A stretch of DNA of 64,000 nt from NCBI GenBank assembly GCA_030390025.1, contig CM059432.1:80664001-80728000 (forward strand), given 5' to 3'. Every line of letters begins with the position of its first letter. The first letter of the stretch is position 1. Of the stretch, positions 13,701-27,054 are shown one piece after another. The notes under the pieces were generated by a model. It was given only the letters and a program-made list of their open reading frames with translations, was not told where the DNA came from and did not search any database. Source of the stretch: Squalus acanthias (lineage: Eukaryota). The position numbers were made by a program, and so were the translations under genes.

Positions 13701-13915
13701 GCTTGCAGGTCTTAAATCCAGCAGCATTGATGACGTCATCAGAGGCGACTTTCTGTATGAACAGACTCATTGGGCCAGGGGTTCCCACACGCTGGAAATC
13801 AATTGCCTAATTAGGGGAAAATCGCAATTTTTCAACACTTCACTTCGGAGTTGGGGTCCTGACACGAATCCCACCTGACACGTCCAAGCCTGCCCCCAAT
13901 GGCAAAATCGAGCCC
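10746..13915. mobile_element. Non-autonomous Harbinger copy 2: transposase internally deleted, Myb/SANT gene retained
   Basis: Perfect 15-bp TIR GGGCTCGATTTTGCC / GGCAAAATCGAGCCC; TSD AGA at 10743-10745 and 13916-13918; transposase stub at 11231-11444. Confidence 0.92.
11704..13634 (-). CDS. Intact spliced Harbinger Myb/SANT-coiled-coil protein, 488 aa (exons 13634-13395, 13086-12927, 12770-11704)
   Basis: ATG (MSTNKQKCAPRF); exon lengths 240+160+1067=1467 nt; GT-AG introns in phases 0 and 1; no stop until TAG after RRSTHKRKIMHK. Confidence 0.8.
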
Positions 13916-14881
13916 AGAGTCTTTCTTTCTCACTGGAATAAACCTTTGCTGAGAGTTATGAAATATCTCCTTAAATATCTGCCATTGCTTATCTACTGTC
14001 TTACCCTTTAATCTATTTTCCCAGTCCACTTGAGCCAACTCTGTCTTCATACCTTTGTAATTGCCTTTATTTAAGTTTAGGACACTAGTTTCAGACCTAA
14101 GTTTCTCACCCTCAAACTGAATTTGAAATTCCATCATGCTATGATTACTCTTCCCTAAAGGATCCTTTACTGTGAGATCATTAATTAATCCTGTCTCATT
14201 ACACATTACCAGATCTAAAATAGTCTTCTCCCTGGTTGGTTCCACAACATATTGTTCTAAGAAACCATCCCAAAAACATTTTATGAACTCGTCCTCAAGG
14301 CTACCTTTGCCAATTTGATTTGTCCAATCTATATGAAGTTTAAAATTGCCCATGATTATCGCAGTACCTTTCCAACAAGCCCCTATTATTTCTTGATTTA
14401 TACTCTGCCCTACTTTACAGTGTTTCTGCAAATAAATTAACATAATAGAATATAATAAGAGTAAAAATGACGTTTCACCAAACTTCCCTGAACATTAATG
14501 TTAAAATGTGTCATTGCTTTCTGCACTGTGATTTTGTGTCTATTTTATCAAATGCTATTGTAATAAAATGCATTTAGGGCATATGATTTAGTAGGAGTCT
14601 TAATTGTTAAACTGGTAATGTGGGACTTGAATATCATTACATACATTGCACTAGATGGCAGTCTGTTCCCTCAGTTACAACACTGACTGAAAGTAGTTAC
14701 TCCCTGAGTTGTATTTCGTTCAGTTTATCTTATAATATTCTCCCTTGGTTGTCTTCCACTGGATTTGTACAAAGTATTTCTCCAGATTTACCCACTAATC
14801 TTCAGTGCCCATTTCTGGTCACTGAGACACAAGCAAGGCATTCAAGCAATGAGGTAGTGATGAGAAGAGCCACGAGACTTA

Positions 14882-16651
14882 GGCCTCGATTTTGCTTACC
14901 GAGGCGGGTCCAGGGCGACCGGGGTCGGTGGTGGGGTGCGAACCCGCTGCTGGCTCCAGCCCGCTGTCCAAAGTGATCTTACGCTGATTGGGCTTGTTAA
15001 GCCCGTCCAGCGCGTTTGCCGGCCAATTGAAGGAAGCGGGTCTGATGACGTCACTTGATGACGCGTCGTCAGCTGGTTTCCTTAAAGGGACCATGCGTAA
15101 ATTGATTTTGACAGTTCTGCAGTCAGTGTTCTACAGCATTGAGGTGCTGCAAACACTGACAATCACTGCACAGAGGTGCACAGCTGCACCCAGGCTCTCC
15201 CATGACTCCCTCCATATGCTTATGGAGGGAGTCACAGCACAAAGGGAGGTTCTCTTCCTTGCGCATGGGCAGAAGAGACCGCCCCAGGAGATCAACACAG
15301 CCTGGTTGCACATTGCACAGGAGGACACAAGCAGCGATGTCATCAGGAGGACCAGGCTGCAGTGGCGCAAACCTTTCAATGATCTCAGTAGATCACGAAA
15401 CGTTACTGCAAAGCCACACTCAACCTCATCCTGCTGTGCCTCTCATCACATCCCCATCACTCTGCCTTCCCTACCCTACTCCTGCACATCCTTATTCACA
15501 CCAACTTACCTTGCACCTCCACCCACCCCTCTCTATCTACATTATCACTTCCCCATCTCACTAGCCACCCCTCACATTCACCCTCATCCTAGTGCAATCA
15601 TACCAACTAACAGCACACAAGGGTAGGCACTTGGGTGTTTTAGCTAATGTTCATGTGAAATTTCTGTTAATGTGCTGTCAAACATTGAAATCTTTATTTT
15701 CAACACTTTGCGTTCTTGGACAGATTTGTGTGCACCTTTGGAAGTGGCTTAGTGAGTTGCAGTGAATGGTGAGACATAACGGTACCCCCGCAATGGTGAT
15801 GAGTGTGAAAGGAATGGCTTGGGCATTGTAGGGATGCTTTATGGTGTTGGTGTGGGGTGGTGCCAACCTGGCGCATCATGTGGCAGCCAGGGTGTACAGT
15901 GTCAAGTGAAGTAAATCTGGCCATGGTGAAGCCATCCCTGGCGTCCCAGGTAGCAATGTGGTCAGGTACTGATGCCCTGTGTCCTGTGCAGCACCAGCTG
16001 ATTGCAGAGAAGGCTGGTGGTGGTGTTGGTGCTGCTGGTGTGCCTGGTGCTGTTGGTGTTGGGGCTGATCATGTTGGGATTCTGAGGACCAAGTTGAGAT
16101 TTTTTCAAGGGCACCGATGCTGAATTAATAGATGGCAGGTGAGGTTGAGATGACAGAAGCGATCTGTCAATGGTGAGAGAGGTTGTTCCAATGAGGTGAC
16201 ACTGGATAGAGAGTTTGCTCCAAACACTTGCAAGCTGCATAAAGCTCAACCTGTCTTCCAAATGCAGTAAGCAACAGCTTCTAACCTTGGAAAGTGAACA
16301 CCTATGAAATGGGAGCTTTTCTAGACCATTTGCAGCTGTCAAGTTTAGAAATCATCCCGACCTCCTTACCTGACGTGATCCCCGAGCAGCAGGGAAGCCG
16401 CTGGCGAACTCTAAAAATCTAAAGGTAAGCTTAAAATACTACTTAATTGCCTCTTAACAATCCAGCTAATGATCTAAATTGCCTCCCCCTCCGCTTGGTG
16501 TTGGGTCTGTTCAGCGATGACAGACCCGACATCTGGGAGACCAGCGTGGAGGCGGGTTGACAGCGGGTTCCTTACCCGTTGTCAAAAAAAACATTTCCCC
16601 AGCCGACCCGCCACCAAATGCGCCCGCTGACCCCCCCGAAAAATTCCCGAC
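14882..16651. mobile_element. Non-autonomous Harbinger with a decayed Myb/SANT exon 1 (+) and a transposase 5' stub (-)
   Basis: Ends GGCCTCGATTTT / AAAATTCCCGAC; TSD TTA on both sides; AAPRLSHDSLHMLMEGV..EVLF..W..RLQWRKPFNDL in ORF 14988..15626. Confidence 0.8.
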
Positions 16652-17807
16652 TTAGCATCAGAGGACTGAATTAGAATGAAAGACTGGTGAAATCTGGACT
16701 TTTTAGCAAAGAAAGGGGAGCTTATGAAGTTTATGTCAGATAGTAAGTAGTGACTGGACATTTGCATTTGTGCTGCCTTCTGCCAGGTACCCTGAGATTC
16801 CTGTCTGGACACTCCTGACGATTAGTTGGAAAGAAGTCCTTCCTCCTCTGGTGCACCTGCTCCAATAAAATCTAAAGTGTCCCAACCAAAATCCAGGGTG
16901 TGATGACTTGATGAAGACACCCCTGTAATTTACTACACTTGGTGATTGTCCTTTGACATCAGAAACTGCAATGCACCTTTAAAATATTGCAGGTCTTTAA
17001 GTGAGCTCATCCATTGAATGTAAATGAGGTTGAATTTGGAAATAGATATTCAGGGAGCACGCTAATGATTGGGCACATGCTAATGAGGCACTGCCCAACT
17101 TTTGCCCGAATGGAGTATCCAGACAAAAATTGGAGTTCCTGTGCCAATTCATGAATTTAAATTGTTCAAATTGACTTATACATTGAGTATTTTGCTCAGT
17201 TTGGCAGTTGCTGCTATTCAGTGTGATGATGTTTTGAACATTTGGTCAATGAGTACAACCAGTGGAGAAGCCTTGCTTTCTTGACTGAAAATTTTACCTC
17301 AGTCAAAGTGGTGAGATCTTTGATTCCTAACCAGCAGACTGCCCAGTGGATAAAAGCAAAAGCTTAAATGCCATACAGGAATATGAAAAATCACTGTATT
17401 TTCATTTTCTTTAACATGGAATTAAGGGAATATATCCTTTGATAACATTAATTTTGCATTTGAAATAGAAAATAATTAATCTGAAAATGATTGAAAGTTG
17501 CTATAATAATGCAGCCATGCAATAATTGTGAATATGTGCAAAATTAATTGACATTATCAACAACTGTTATCCTTTCACAACCAATGTTTGATGTACTGAA
17601 GAGCAACAACATAATTGTAGGGTTGATGCATGCCAAACATAAACACATTCCTTTAAATGATGAGCCATTAAAAGTAATTTTAGATTCAATTACACACTCC
17701 CTTAAGGTTCTATGGGGGAGAAATTCCCCTGGTTTGTGCCTCCCATTAGCACCTGTGGGGGAGGGGGGAGTGGAGGGTGCGGTAACATGGCGCTAAGGGG
17801 TTACCGA

Positions 17808-20800
17808 CTTTTTTTTACCTTTTAAACCTTGGCTGTGTCTCTGCTGAACTGGTTCTACTGGTTTTTCAGCTCTGCTGGTTTGTAGGTAGCAGCTGCTGCT
17901 TCACTTGCTGTCCGGTGACTCGTTCTACCAGTTTTCAGCTTTGCTGGTCGCTGGCTTGTGGTTTTACTTTTTCTCCGCCGCTTTGATCAACAGTGACCTC
18001 CAACTTGCGTCAATTTCGCCATCATCTTTCTGCACCACTACTGACTCCCGTTGCTACGGCAACAACCTCCATCCTCGAATCCTCTACCCTTCAAATAGCT
18101 TTTGGACTTCACTCACCTGCTTTGGACAGCGGTTCGTTGATGCTCTGTGCCGGCCCCATCCTGCTTACGTCAGCTTTGTCCCTCCATGGGACCTCTGACT
18201 TTGACCCTGCTCTCCCTACTATTGTGTCCAACCTATTCCCTGCTACCAGGAAATATGTATCCCATTAATTACTCCATTTAAACAGGCCTGTGTAACCTGA
18301 ACTTTTTCCCTGTGTCCATTCGCGTGCGCACTTTGGCTGCCGCTCCGGACCCGAACCATTCAATACTTCTCCACTTTTTCCCCCTCTTTTCCTTTTCTCT
18401 CTATCCCTCCCTGACTGCTCTCTCCTGTCATCATGCCTCCTTTCATTTCTCCTCTCTCGGATACTCTGCCCTCCCAATTCCCTACCCCAATCCTTCATTA
18501 CTCTTTGACCTTCCTACTCTCCTGCCGCCGTCCCAGGCTTAGATAAGCCCACAGCTTCCCTCTGGGCCTCTCTTGGCATCCTACGAAGGGCCCATCGAGG
18601 CACTCGTTACTACCTCCTTACGAGCAGCAACCCCATCTGTCCCATCCTACTCTCTCGCCGACCTTTCCACCCAGCGTGCCCACTGGAGGCAAATCTTGCC
18701 AATCCCCTCCCCATCCAACTCATCCCCCCCAGTACTGACCCTGTGGACGCTGGCAGTGGGGCAGCCATCACCGACCCTCGCCACATCTCCCTCCAGAATG
18801 TCCGTTCACTTGCGAACAAGGCCCTCGCCATCCATGAGCTTATCGTGGATGACTGCATTGATATCATGGCCCTGACGGAAACTTGGTTGAGGGGTGTTGA
18901 CACCTTACCCATAAATGAAGCCTCCCCGCCTGTCTATACCTTCCACCACTTGCCCTGCTCAGACCGCCGTGGTGGCGGTGTGACTCTCATCACCAAATCA
19001 CACCTTGGTCTGTCCCCCTACTCCTCCGGCACTTTCTCCTCCTTTGAGCATCTCACCCTATTCCACCCCTCTCACCTCTCATTTAAAATTCTCGTTCTCT
19101 ACCGCCCACCCAAGTACCATAAACATTTTATTACCAAGATATCTTCACTGCTTTCCTCCCTCAGCCTCTGCACCGAACAACTTCTCATCCTCGGTGATTT
19201 CAACCTCCATCTCAACTCATCATGCTCTCTCTCCTCTGAGTTCACTAGCCTCCTATCCTCCCTTAATCTCTCCCTCCATGTAAACTCCCCCATCCATATT
19301 CATGGCCACCCCCTCAACCTTGCCATCTCTCGTGGCCTTGCTACTTCCATTGTGTCAATCGCAGATAAGGCCATCACTGACCACTTCCTTGTATCGCTCT
19401 CCACCCACATCCCCCTTCCCCTCCAACCCTACTTCCTTCTGTGTCCGCCCCTGGAAAAAACTCTCTCCCAACTCTCTTACAACTGCACTTATGAAATCCC
19501 AACTGTCCAGCCTTTGGCCCTCCATTCACCATGACATTTCTGCTACCGATCTGCTCAACCACACCCTCACCACCACCTTTGATGCGCTAGTCACTATTAA
19601 AACAATTACTCTCTCTCACCCTGGCCGTTCCCCCGGTACGGTCCTCATCGTCGCTCCCTTAAGTCCAAGGGACGCAGACTTGAACGAATATGGTGGACAA
19701 CTGGTTTAGCCATTCACCGCCAGATCTGGCTGGACCACATAAAGCACTATCGGGTCCTGCTCTCATCTCCAAAAATAGCTCACTATTCCAGAATCATTCT
19801 GGAATGCAAAGATAAACCCCAGCTTCTATTCTCCACTGCTAACTGTCTTCTTAAACCCCTCTCCCCTGTCTCCTCCACCCTCATCTCCGACAACAAGTGT
19901 GAGGAGCTCATGGACTTCTTTGTCTCTAAGATTGAGACCATCCGTTCAGCTGCCTCTGCCACTTCCCTTCTTTCCCCTAGCCCACCAGGCCAAACTTCCT
20001 CTAAGGTTCCCCCTGCCCGAGCCCTGAACTCTCATCTTTCTCCAGTTTCTCTCCGCTCTCCGCTCATTACCTCTCCGTGCTCATCTTGTCCATGAGACCC
20101 ACTTCCTGCTCCCTCGATCCTATTCTCACCAAACTGCTGACCACCCAACTTCCTTTTCTGGCTCCCATGTTAGCTGACATTGTTAATGGTTCTCTCTCCT
20201 CAGGTACTGTCCCTCTCTCCCTCAAATCTGCTATCATCACCCCTTTCCTCAAAAACCAAACCTTAACCCCCCCCCGTCCTTGCAAACTACCGCCCCATCT
20301 CCAACCTCACTTTCCTCTCCAAAATCCTTGAACATGTTGTCGCCTCCCAAATCCCACAACTCCATGTTTGAATCCCTCCAATCAGGTTTCTGGCCTTGTC
20401 ACAGTACCGAAACGGCTCTCATCAAAGTCACAAATTACATCCTTTGTGACTGTAACAAAGGTAAACTATCCCTCCTCGTCCTTCTTGATTTGTCTGCAGC
20501 CTTTGACACGGTTGACCACTCCATCCTTCTCTAACGCCTCTCCACTGTCGTCCAGCTGGGTGGGACTGCACTCTCCTAGTTCCATTCTTATCTATCTAAT
20601 CGTAGCCAGAGAATCACCTGCAACAGCTTCTCTTCCCGCTCCCGCATCGTTACCTCTGGTGTCCTCCAAGGATCTATCCTTGGCCCCCTCCTATTTCTCA
20701 TTTACATGTTGCCCCTTGGTGACATCATCTGAAAACACAGCATCAGTTTCCACATGTACACTGACGACACCCAGCTCTACCTCACTACCACTTCTCTCGA

Positions 20801-22549
20801 CCCCTCCACGGTCTCTAAATTGTCAGAATGCTTGTCCGACATCCAGTTCTGGATGAGCAGAAATTTTCTCCAATTAAATAATGGGAAGACCGAAGCCATT
20901 GGGCTGGATTTTGTCGTTGGGGGCGGGACTACTAGTTTTTGGGTTTCAGTCCCGCCCCCAACGACGTCTGACCAACCCACGCTATTTTCCCTTGATTGAC
21001 CTTGTTAAGCCTGCCCTGCGGGCTTACCGGCCAATTAAGGGAAAGCCGGTGACAGAGGATGTCAAAGTATGTCGTTACATCTGTCGAAATATTTTTGACA
21101 GATGAACTGTCAGCATTTGACAGCTTTGAGAAGCTGTCAAACACTGACAATCTCTGTTCTAAGGTGCGCCCTTGCACAAAAGGCACACCAAAACCTCTCT
21201 CCTCAGCAGAAAGCAGATGACTGCTGTATCTGAGAATGCAGCAGCCATTCTGTCATCTCTGCCGTTGAGATGAGGCACCTCCGGATCCTCAAAAGTTGAA
21301 GCCTGCAGAAAGAAGCAAAGGTAAGGAAATTTTTTCCAACACTTTACACTCACCTCTCATACTTACCTCTCCACACTTGCACCCATCACTCACCTCTACA
21401 GTAGACTTTTCGATCCCTCTCACCCCCGCAGACCCACTGCTCACCTTGATGACCCTGGTGAGGTTTGCAGCCGTCGGGAAGCCTGCACTTGCAGGGGTAA
21501 AATGGGGATAAGCCTCAAAACTGCCTGTTAACAGGCAGTTAATTGGCTCTAATCCCCTTCCCGCCTCGAGGAGACGGGTCCCTGCGTGAGTCAGGGACCC
21601 GCCTCCCGGGAAGATGGCACAGAGGCAGGTTGGGAGCGGGGTCGGTACCCGCTCCCAGTTTCTGCCATTTTCCCAGCAGTCCCGCCTCCATACTCGCCTC
21701 CCCAGGGCTGGGAAAATTCCCCCATTGTTTTCGGTCCCTGCCACAAACTCCGTTCCCTAGCCACTGACTTCATCCCTCATCCTAACACCTGTCTGAGGCT
21801 GAACCATGCTGTTCGCAACCTTGGTGTCATATTTGACCCTGAAATGAGCTTCTGACCACATAGCCACAGCATAACTAAGACCGCCTATTTCCACCTCCGT
21901 AACATCGCCCGTCTCCGCCCCTGCCTCAGCACATCCGCTGCTGAAACCCTCATCCATGCCTTTGTTACCTCTAGACTTGACTATTCCAACGCACTCCTGG
22001 CTGGCCTCCCACATTCTACTCTACGTAAACTTGAGGTGATCCAAAACTTGGCTGCCCGTGTCCTAACTCGCACCAAGCCCCGTTCACCCATCACCCGTGT
22101 GCTCGTTGACCTACATTGGCTCTCGATTAAGCAACGCCCCAATTTCAAAATTCTCATCCTTGTTTTCAAATCCCTCCATGGCCTTGCCCCTCCCTATCTT
22201 TGTAATCTCCTTCAGCCCCACAACCCCCCGAGATATCTGCGCTCCTCTAATTCTGCCCTCTTGAGCATCCCTGATTATAATCGCTTAACCATTGGTGGCC
22301 GTGCCGTCTGTTGCCTCGGCTCTAAGTTCTGGAATTCCCTGCCTAAACCTGCCCGCCTCTCTACCTCTCTTTCCTTCTTTAAGATGCTCCTTAAAACCTA
22401 CCTCTTTGACCAAGCTTTTGATCACCTGCCCTAATTTCTCCTTATGTGGCTCAGTTCAAATTTTTTGTCTTATAATACGCCTGTGAAGTGCCTTGGGACG
22501 TTTTACTACGTTACAGGCGCTATATAAATACAACTTGTTGTTGTTGTTG
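17808..22549 (+). mobile_element. Near full-length L2-clade LINE (APE + RT, frameshifted) with (TTG)n tail
   Basis: LQNVRSLANK..DIMALTETWL..YRPP..ILGDFNLH (APE); [23 protein letters not shown] and YTDDTQLY (RT); C-terminal LKTYLF ending at 22434. Confidence 0.9.
20901..21723. mobile_element. Harbinger MITE inserted in L2 ORF2
   Basis: Ends GGGCTGGATTTT / AAAATTCCCCC; exact TSD ATT; removing it restores L2 KTEAIVFGP. Confidence 0.88.
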
Positions 22550-24129
22550 ACCGGGCGCGGCGAATTCACTGACGCCCGCGAACTTACCTGGCGGATTTGC
22601 ACTGGCGCTAAGACTTACCGCCTTGCTCTCTTATGCCCCGATGATCGTGACGTCATCCGGTGCGCAGCGTCCCGGAAGTGATATTCGCTCCCGCCTCCTG
22701 CAGCATCGCCGGGCGTCAACAACGGCAGCTGCAGGTGGCGACGTCACCTCTGCTGGCTGCTTGGGGAGCGCTATTTAAAGGCAGTGGTGGTCAGGTAGGC
22801 CAAAATTTATTTATGTCCCCATTCTGGTGCCTCCTGCTTTCCTTTGCCCCCACGATTGCTCAGCCCCGCACTCTGAGTGCTTGGGGCTGCTATGCACATT
22901 GCGCAGGTCGCCCGACAGACACAGCCTGAAGATTCATTCAATGCAGCATTGGCCCTTCCCTTTAAGGGAGGGAAGGAGCCTATAAAGAAGGCAGCGCTGC
23001 CCTGGACGTTGCTCAGCACTCTGCCGATACCACCCCCTCACTTCCTTTAGTGCTCTGAGGGAAGTGGTAGCGCTTGATTTAGCGCTCCACTTCCCTCTTG
23101 GAGCGCTAAAGCGGAAGTTCCCGGCAGCAGCAAATCTTTTTCGCCAGGCGATATTTTTGCGCTCCCTGAAAGGTTATCATCCTAAAAGGGGTGCTGTGCA
23201 ATTTCTAGACCCCACATTTTTATATATGTATATGTATGGTTCTTAAAACTAAGATTGCAGTATTGAACCGTAATGTTTTGATTAGTTATGCCATCTGGTA
23301 GTCTTAGGAGATCCAGAATTAAATTTAAGTAAGAGTAATGGTGCAAATCGCAATAATTGTCAAATAAGAAACATCTTCAAGGTACAGTGAACATAGAAAA
23401 ATTGGACCAGTTGTGATTGTTGCTTTCAATTGTGCTTGGTTCACATTTATCTGAACTGCTCCATTGAACCACACAGCCAAACAATCTCCAAACAACTCAA
23501 CAGAAACCAATCTCATTTTACTATTTTCACTGCATCTTGAAAATGTTCATTTTGAAGCTCTTGATTACCTTTTTTTCTTTTTAGCCTTTTTTACCTTTGG
23601 AATATCATTATTTACTCTACATTTCCTATCTTTTTATTTTTCTGGACCAGAACAATGTGATTGTTCAAAACTTTTGCAAACTTTGAAATCTGAATTTCCT
23701 CAAGGAAATAAAATAGAATGCTCGTTATTTTTGAAGAAAGCTGCACCTAGGATTTGCAGATTTCAGATGACTGGGTTCATCTCCACTGAGGCAGGATTTC
23801 TGCCTACCATGAAGATGCCCCCTGACCCCAGCTGCCTTTTCAGCGCTAAGATCATTAGCACGCTGGGGTAGGCTCCCGGTGTCTGCTGGATAATCGCACC
23901 GAGCTGGGGCTATAAACTTGTTGGTGGGACTTGGATGCCTGTCAAGGGGAAGGGAGAAGGCAGCCTCTTAACTGCCTGAAAAAAAAATCTCAAATGTTTT
24001 GCTGGTGCTATGGGGCCTTTGCACAATGATGTGCTGAGAATGATTGCAGAAGTCTGTCTGTGAAGAAATCTTTGAAGCTCTCTCTGCCGATTGGTTGGCC
24101 ATGGCATCCAGTGCTCAAACAGGATAAAT

Positions 24130-25085
24130 GGCTTAGATGAAGGAATAGAGAGCCATATATCCCATATCCCAGTTTGCTGACAACAGTAAGTTAGGTGGCA
24201 CAGTAAATAGTGCAGATGGGAGCAGAAAATTGCAAAGGGACATTGATAGACTAAATGAGTGGGCAAAACTGTGGCAGATGGAGTTTAATGTGGGGAAGTG
24301 TGAGGTCATCCGCTTTGGACCAAAGAAAGATAGATCAGAGTATTTTCTAAATGGCAAGAAGCTGTGGAGGAGCAGAGAGATTTATAGGTCCATGTACAGA
24401 AATCACTAAAATCCAGTGGGCAGGCACAAAAAATATTTTTAAAAGCTAATGGAATGTTGGCCTTTATCTCAAGGGGGCTGGAATACAAAGGGGAGGAAGT
24501 TATGTTACTCTGGTTAGTTAGAGCTCTGGTTAGACCCCATTTAGAGTACTACGTTCAGTTCTGGGCACCGCATCTCAGGAAGGGTGTATTGGCCTTGGAG
24601 GGGGTGTAGTGCAGATTCAGCAGAACAATACTGGGGTTAAAAAGGTTAACTTGTGAGGCCAGGTTGCATAGACTAGGCTTGTATTCCCTTGAGTATCGAA
24701 GATTAAGGAGTGATCTAATTAAGGTGTTTAAGATTATTAAAAGAGTTGATAGGGTAGTTAGAGAGAAACTGCTTCCTGTGGTGGGGTAATTCAGAACAAG
24801 AGGGCATAACCTTAAAATTAGAGCTAGACCATTCAGGGGTGATGTCAGGAGGCACTTCTTCACACAATGTGTAGTGAAAATCTGGAACTCTCTCCTCCAA
24901 AAAGCTGTTGAGGCTAGGCCAATTGAAAATTTCAAAACTGAGATTGATAGATTATTGTTAGGCAAGAGTATTAAGGGTTACAGAACCAAGGCGGGTAGAT
25001 GGAGTTAAGACACAGATCAGCCATGCTCTAATTGAATGACGGAACAAGCTCGAGGGGGTGAATGGCCTATGCTTGTTCCGATGTT
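24130..25085 (+). mobile_element. 5'-truncated CR1 LINE, 3' end
   Basis: FAD..KLGG, WQMEFNVGKCEV and FFTQCVVKIWNSL remnants; CR1-type 3' UTR. Confidence 0.85.
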
Positions 25086-25220
25086 CACTGCTGCTTTGGA
25101 GTGTCAGTCTAGACTATGTGCTTGAGTCCTGCAGTGAGACTGGAAGCTACAATCTCTGACTGTGTGGGAGGAGTGCTTCCAACTGAGACAATATTCAGTC
25201 AAACCAAGAAACCAGTCATG

Positions 25221-25680
25221 AAAGAAGGAAATTGCATTTACATATCGCCTTTCACAACCTCAGAACATCCAAATTGCTTCACATCCAATAAAATATTTTT
25301 GAAGTACAGTCTCCGTTCTAATGTGGGGAAATGTGGCAGCCAGTTTGTGCACAGCAAAGTCCCACAAACAGCCGGGACAACTAAATGACCAGATCATCTG
25401 TTTTTTTTAGGTGGTGTTGGCTGAAGGATATAAATGTTCGACAGGACATTGGGTGAACTCCCTACTCTTCTTCGAATAATGTCAGGCGATCTTCTACATT
25501 CACCCAGGAGGGCAGCTGGGCCTTGGTTTAACGGCTCATCCGAAAGACGGCACCTCTGACAATGCAGCACTTCCTCAGTACTGCACTGGAGTCACAGCCG
25601 GGATTATGTCCACAAGTCTCTGGAGTGGGACTTGTTCTGACTCCGAGGCGAGAGTGTTATCACTGAGCCACAGCTGACAC
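25221..25680 (-). mobile_element. tRNA-derived DeuSINE (SacSINE1-like)
   Basis: Collinear with 56609-57059; Deu-like core CATCCGAAAGACGGCACCTCTGACAATGCAGCAC; L2-like tail. Confidence 0.75.
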
Positions 25681-25951
25681 CTATATACTGATATAATACA
25701 GCACGGTTACGATATAAAAGAATTAAAAGATGAAAGCGAGTAGATGAATTTTTAATTTCTGTCCCTTATTCATTCCTGGACATTTTATTTGCTGAAGAAT
25801 ATCCTTTGGGGAAATCTGAAGAGAACATGATGTTCTTATGGATAAGAGTAATGGTACACCTTGCTGCAGCAGTACAATGTGATGCAATAGAACCCAAAAT
25901 TTCCACTAATGAAAAATTAATGACAGTTCTTAAACTTTCGTTGTTGGACAG

Positions 25952-26080
25952 AATTCAAGAAGGAAATGGAGTCGAAGGTCAATTGCACAACACAGCTCCG
26001 AATTCATGTGCAGCGGGATCCATGGAATCTACCCAGTGGTGTGCACAACCTCATACAGGCCATTACAAGATTTGTAGAAG
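25952..26080 (+). CDS. PREX2: PREX2 coding exon (129 nt, phase 1/1): (E)FKKEMESKVNCTTQLRIHVQRDPWNLPSGVHNLIQAITRFVE
   Basis: cag acceptor and gt donor; resembles recalled mammalian PREX2 EFQQEMEPKL..LHIKQDPWNLPSSV..IRKFVE; in frame with the next exon. Confidence 0.85.
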
Positions 26081-27054
26081 GTCTGTAACAAGTGCTGACA
26101 AATTCTGAAATTTATTATGATTGTTATAAAAGCTAACACATTTTTGGGAAACTGGATGACTTCAAGTCCTGAAGCAAATTATTTGTGGGGAAAAAAGTTG
26201 TCTTTACTTTTAAATATGTTATTGCTTCATCCAGTAAAATAAGTCACTTTTATTTGAGTATTTATTTTAGTTTTAACCAACTTCTGCTGCAATTAAATAT
26301 GTAACAGACAAAATGTACACAATTAAACCAAACCTTAATATTTAAAAATAATTTTGACATTATTTACACATAAGGTAGGTTGATTTTTAACATTAAAAAC
26401 ATTGCTATTTAAGATGAATTTTGCTACAAATGTTGCTTTTTTCAGGCCTCATTCTTCACTATTGGCGTAATGTGCATCATAATACAGCAAGCAACCTATG
26501 TCATTTGATTTTATCCTGATTGCAAAGCTTATGTCATGATTCTCAAAACATAAAAAATGGGGGAAAAATTTAAGAAGACAAATAGATTGTCTTAAAATAA
26601 AAGTATTAATAGAAGTAATATAAAGTGACACCAGTTTGATAAGAATAATGGCTTTTGATGCTATATTTTGGCTCCTAACAGTCTTCTGCTTTGTTTACTC
26701 AAATCTTTTGTAACATGGGAAATACAATTAATCAGACCTTCTCATGAAACAAATGAAGTAATCTTGAAGTAGAAGGCCAGAGTTATTTACTTCCACATTC
26801 CAGCAGAAGGTATTCATGATAAAGAGGGAAGGAAAATGAGTAAAGCCAGCAGAGCAGGAAAATGGTGCAACAGTGCTCTCCCATGAGTTTGTAAATATTA
26901 TTGTTGGCTATTGTTATGCAGATTACTGACACAATATAGTTGGTGCACTCTCTGGGGACTCCTGGATCCTCTGATTATATTCTCAGCCAAAGATGAAGGC
27001 CATGAACTAGCTTATTCCAAATTCTAATTATTTCTGTTAAACTGAAAACTTAAT

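Larger units (their letters stand above)
5030..14415 (-). mobile_element. One CR1 LINE (ORF2 endonuclease-RT to 3' tail) split into pieces ~5030-5953, ~9633-10745 and 13916-14415 by two Harbinger insertions
   Basis: ORFs 13832..14443 (endonuclease end), 9645..10808 (RT: SQHGFMKGKSCLTNLLEFFE, YLDFQKAFDKVPH), 5641..5970 and 4989..5363 (RNFFSQRVVNLWNSLP); sequence is collinear across the AGA TSD. Confidence 0.88.
17714..23212. mobile_element. TAGCGCC-family MITE split by an L2 insertion (arms ~17714-17807 and ~22550-23212)
   Basis: Ends GGGGGAGAAATT / AATTTCTAGACCC; the two arms join to give a sequence collinear with MITE 142-875. Confidence 0.7.

Noticed and set aside
14786..14853. AG..GT-bounded segment as a candidate host exon
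   Set aside because: Its translation shows no similarity to the expected PREX2 sequence.
17680..17710. LDSITHSLK resembling the upstream PREX2 exon (VDSITNLLKG..)
   Set aside because: Similarity stops after nine codons, the rest of the expected exon is absent and a MITE starts at 17714. No upstream PREX2 exon was found in 1-25951.
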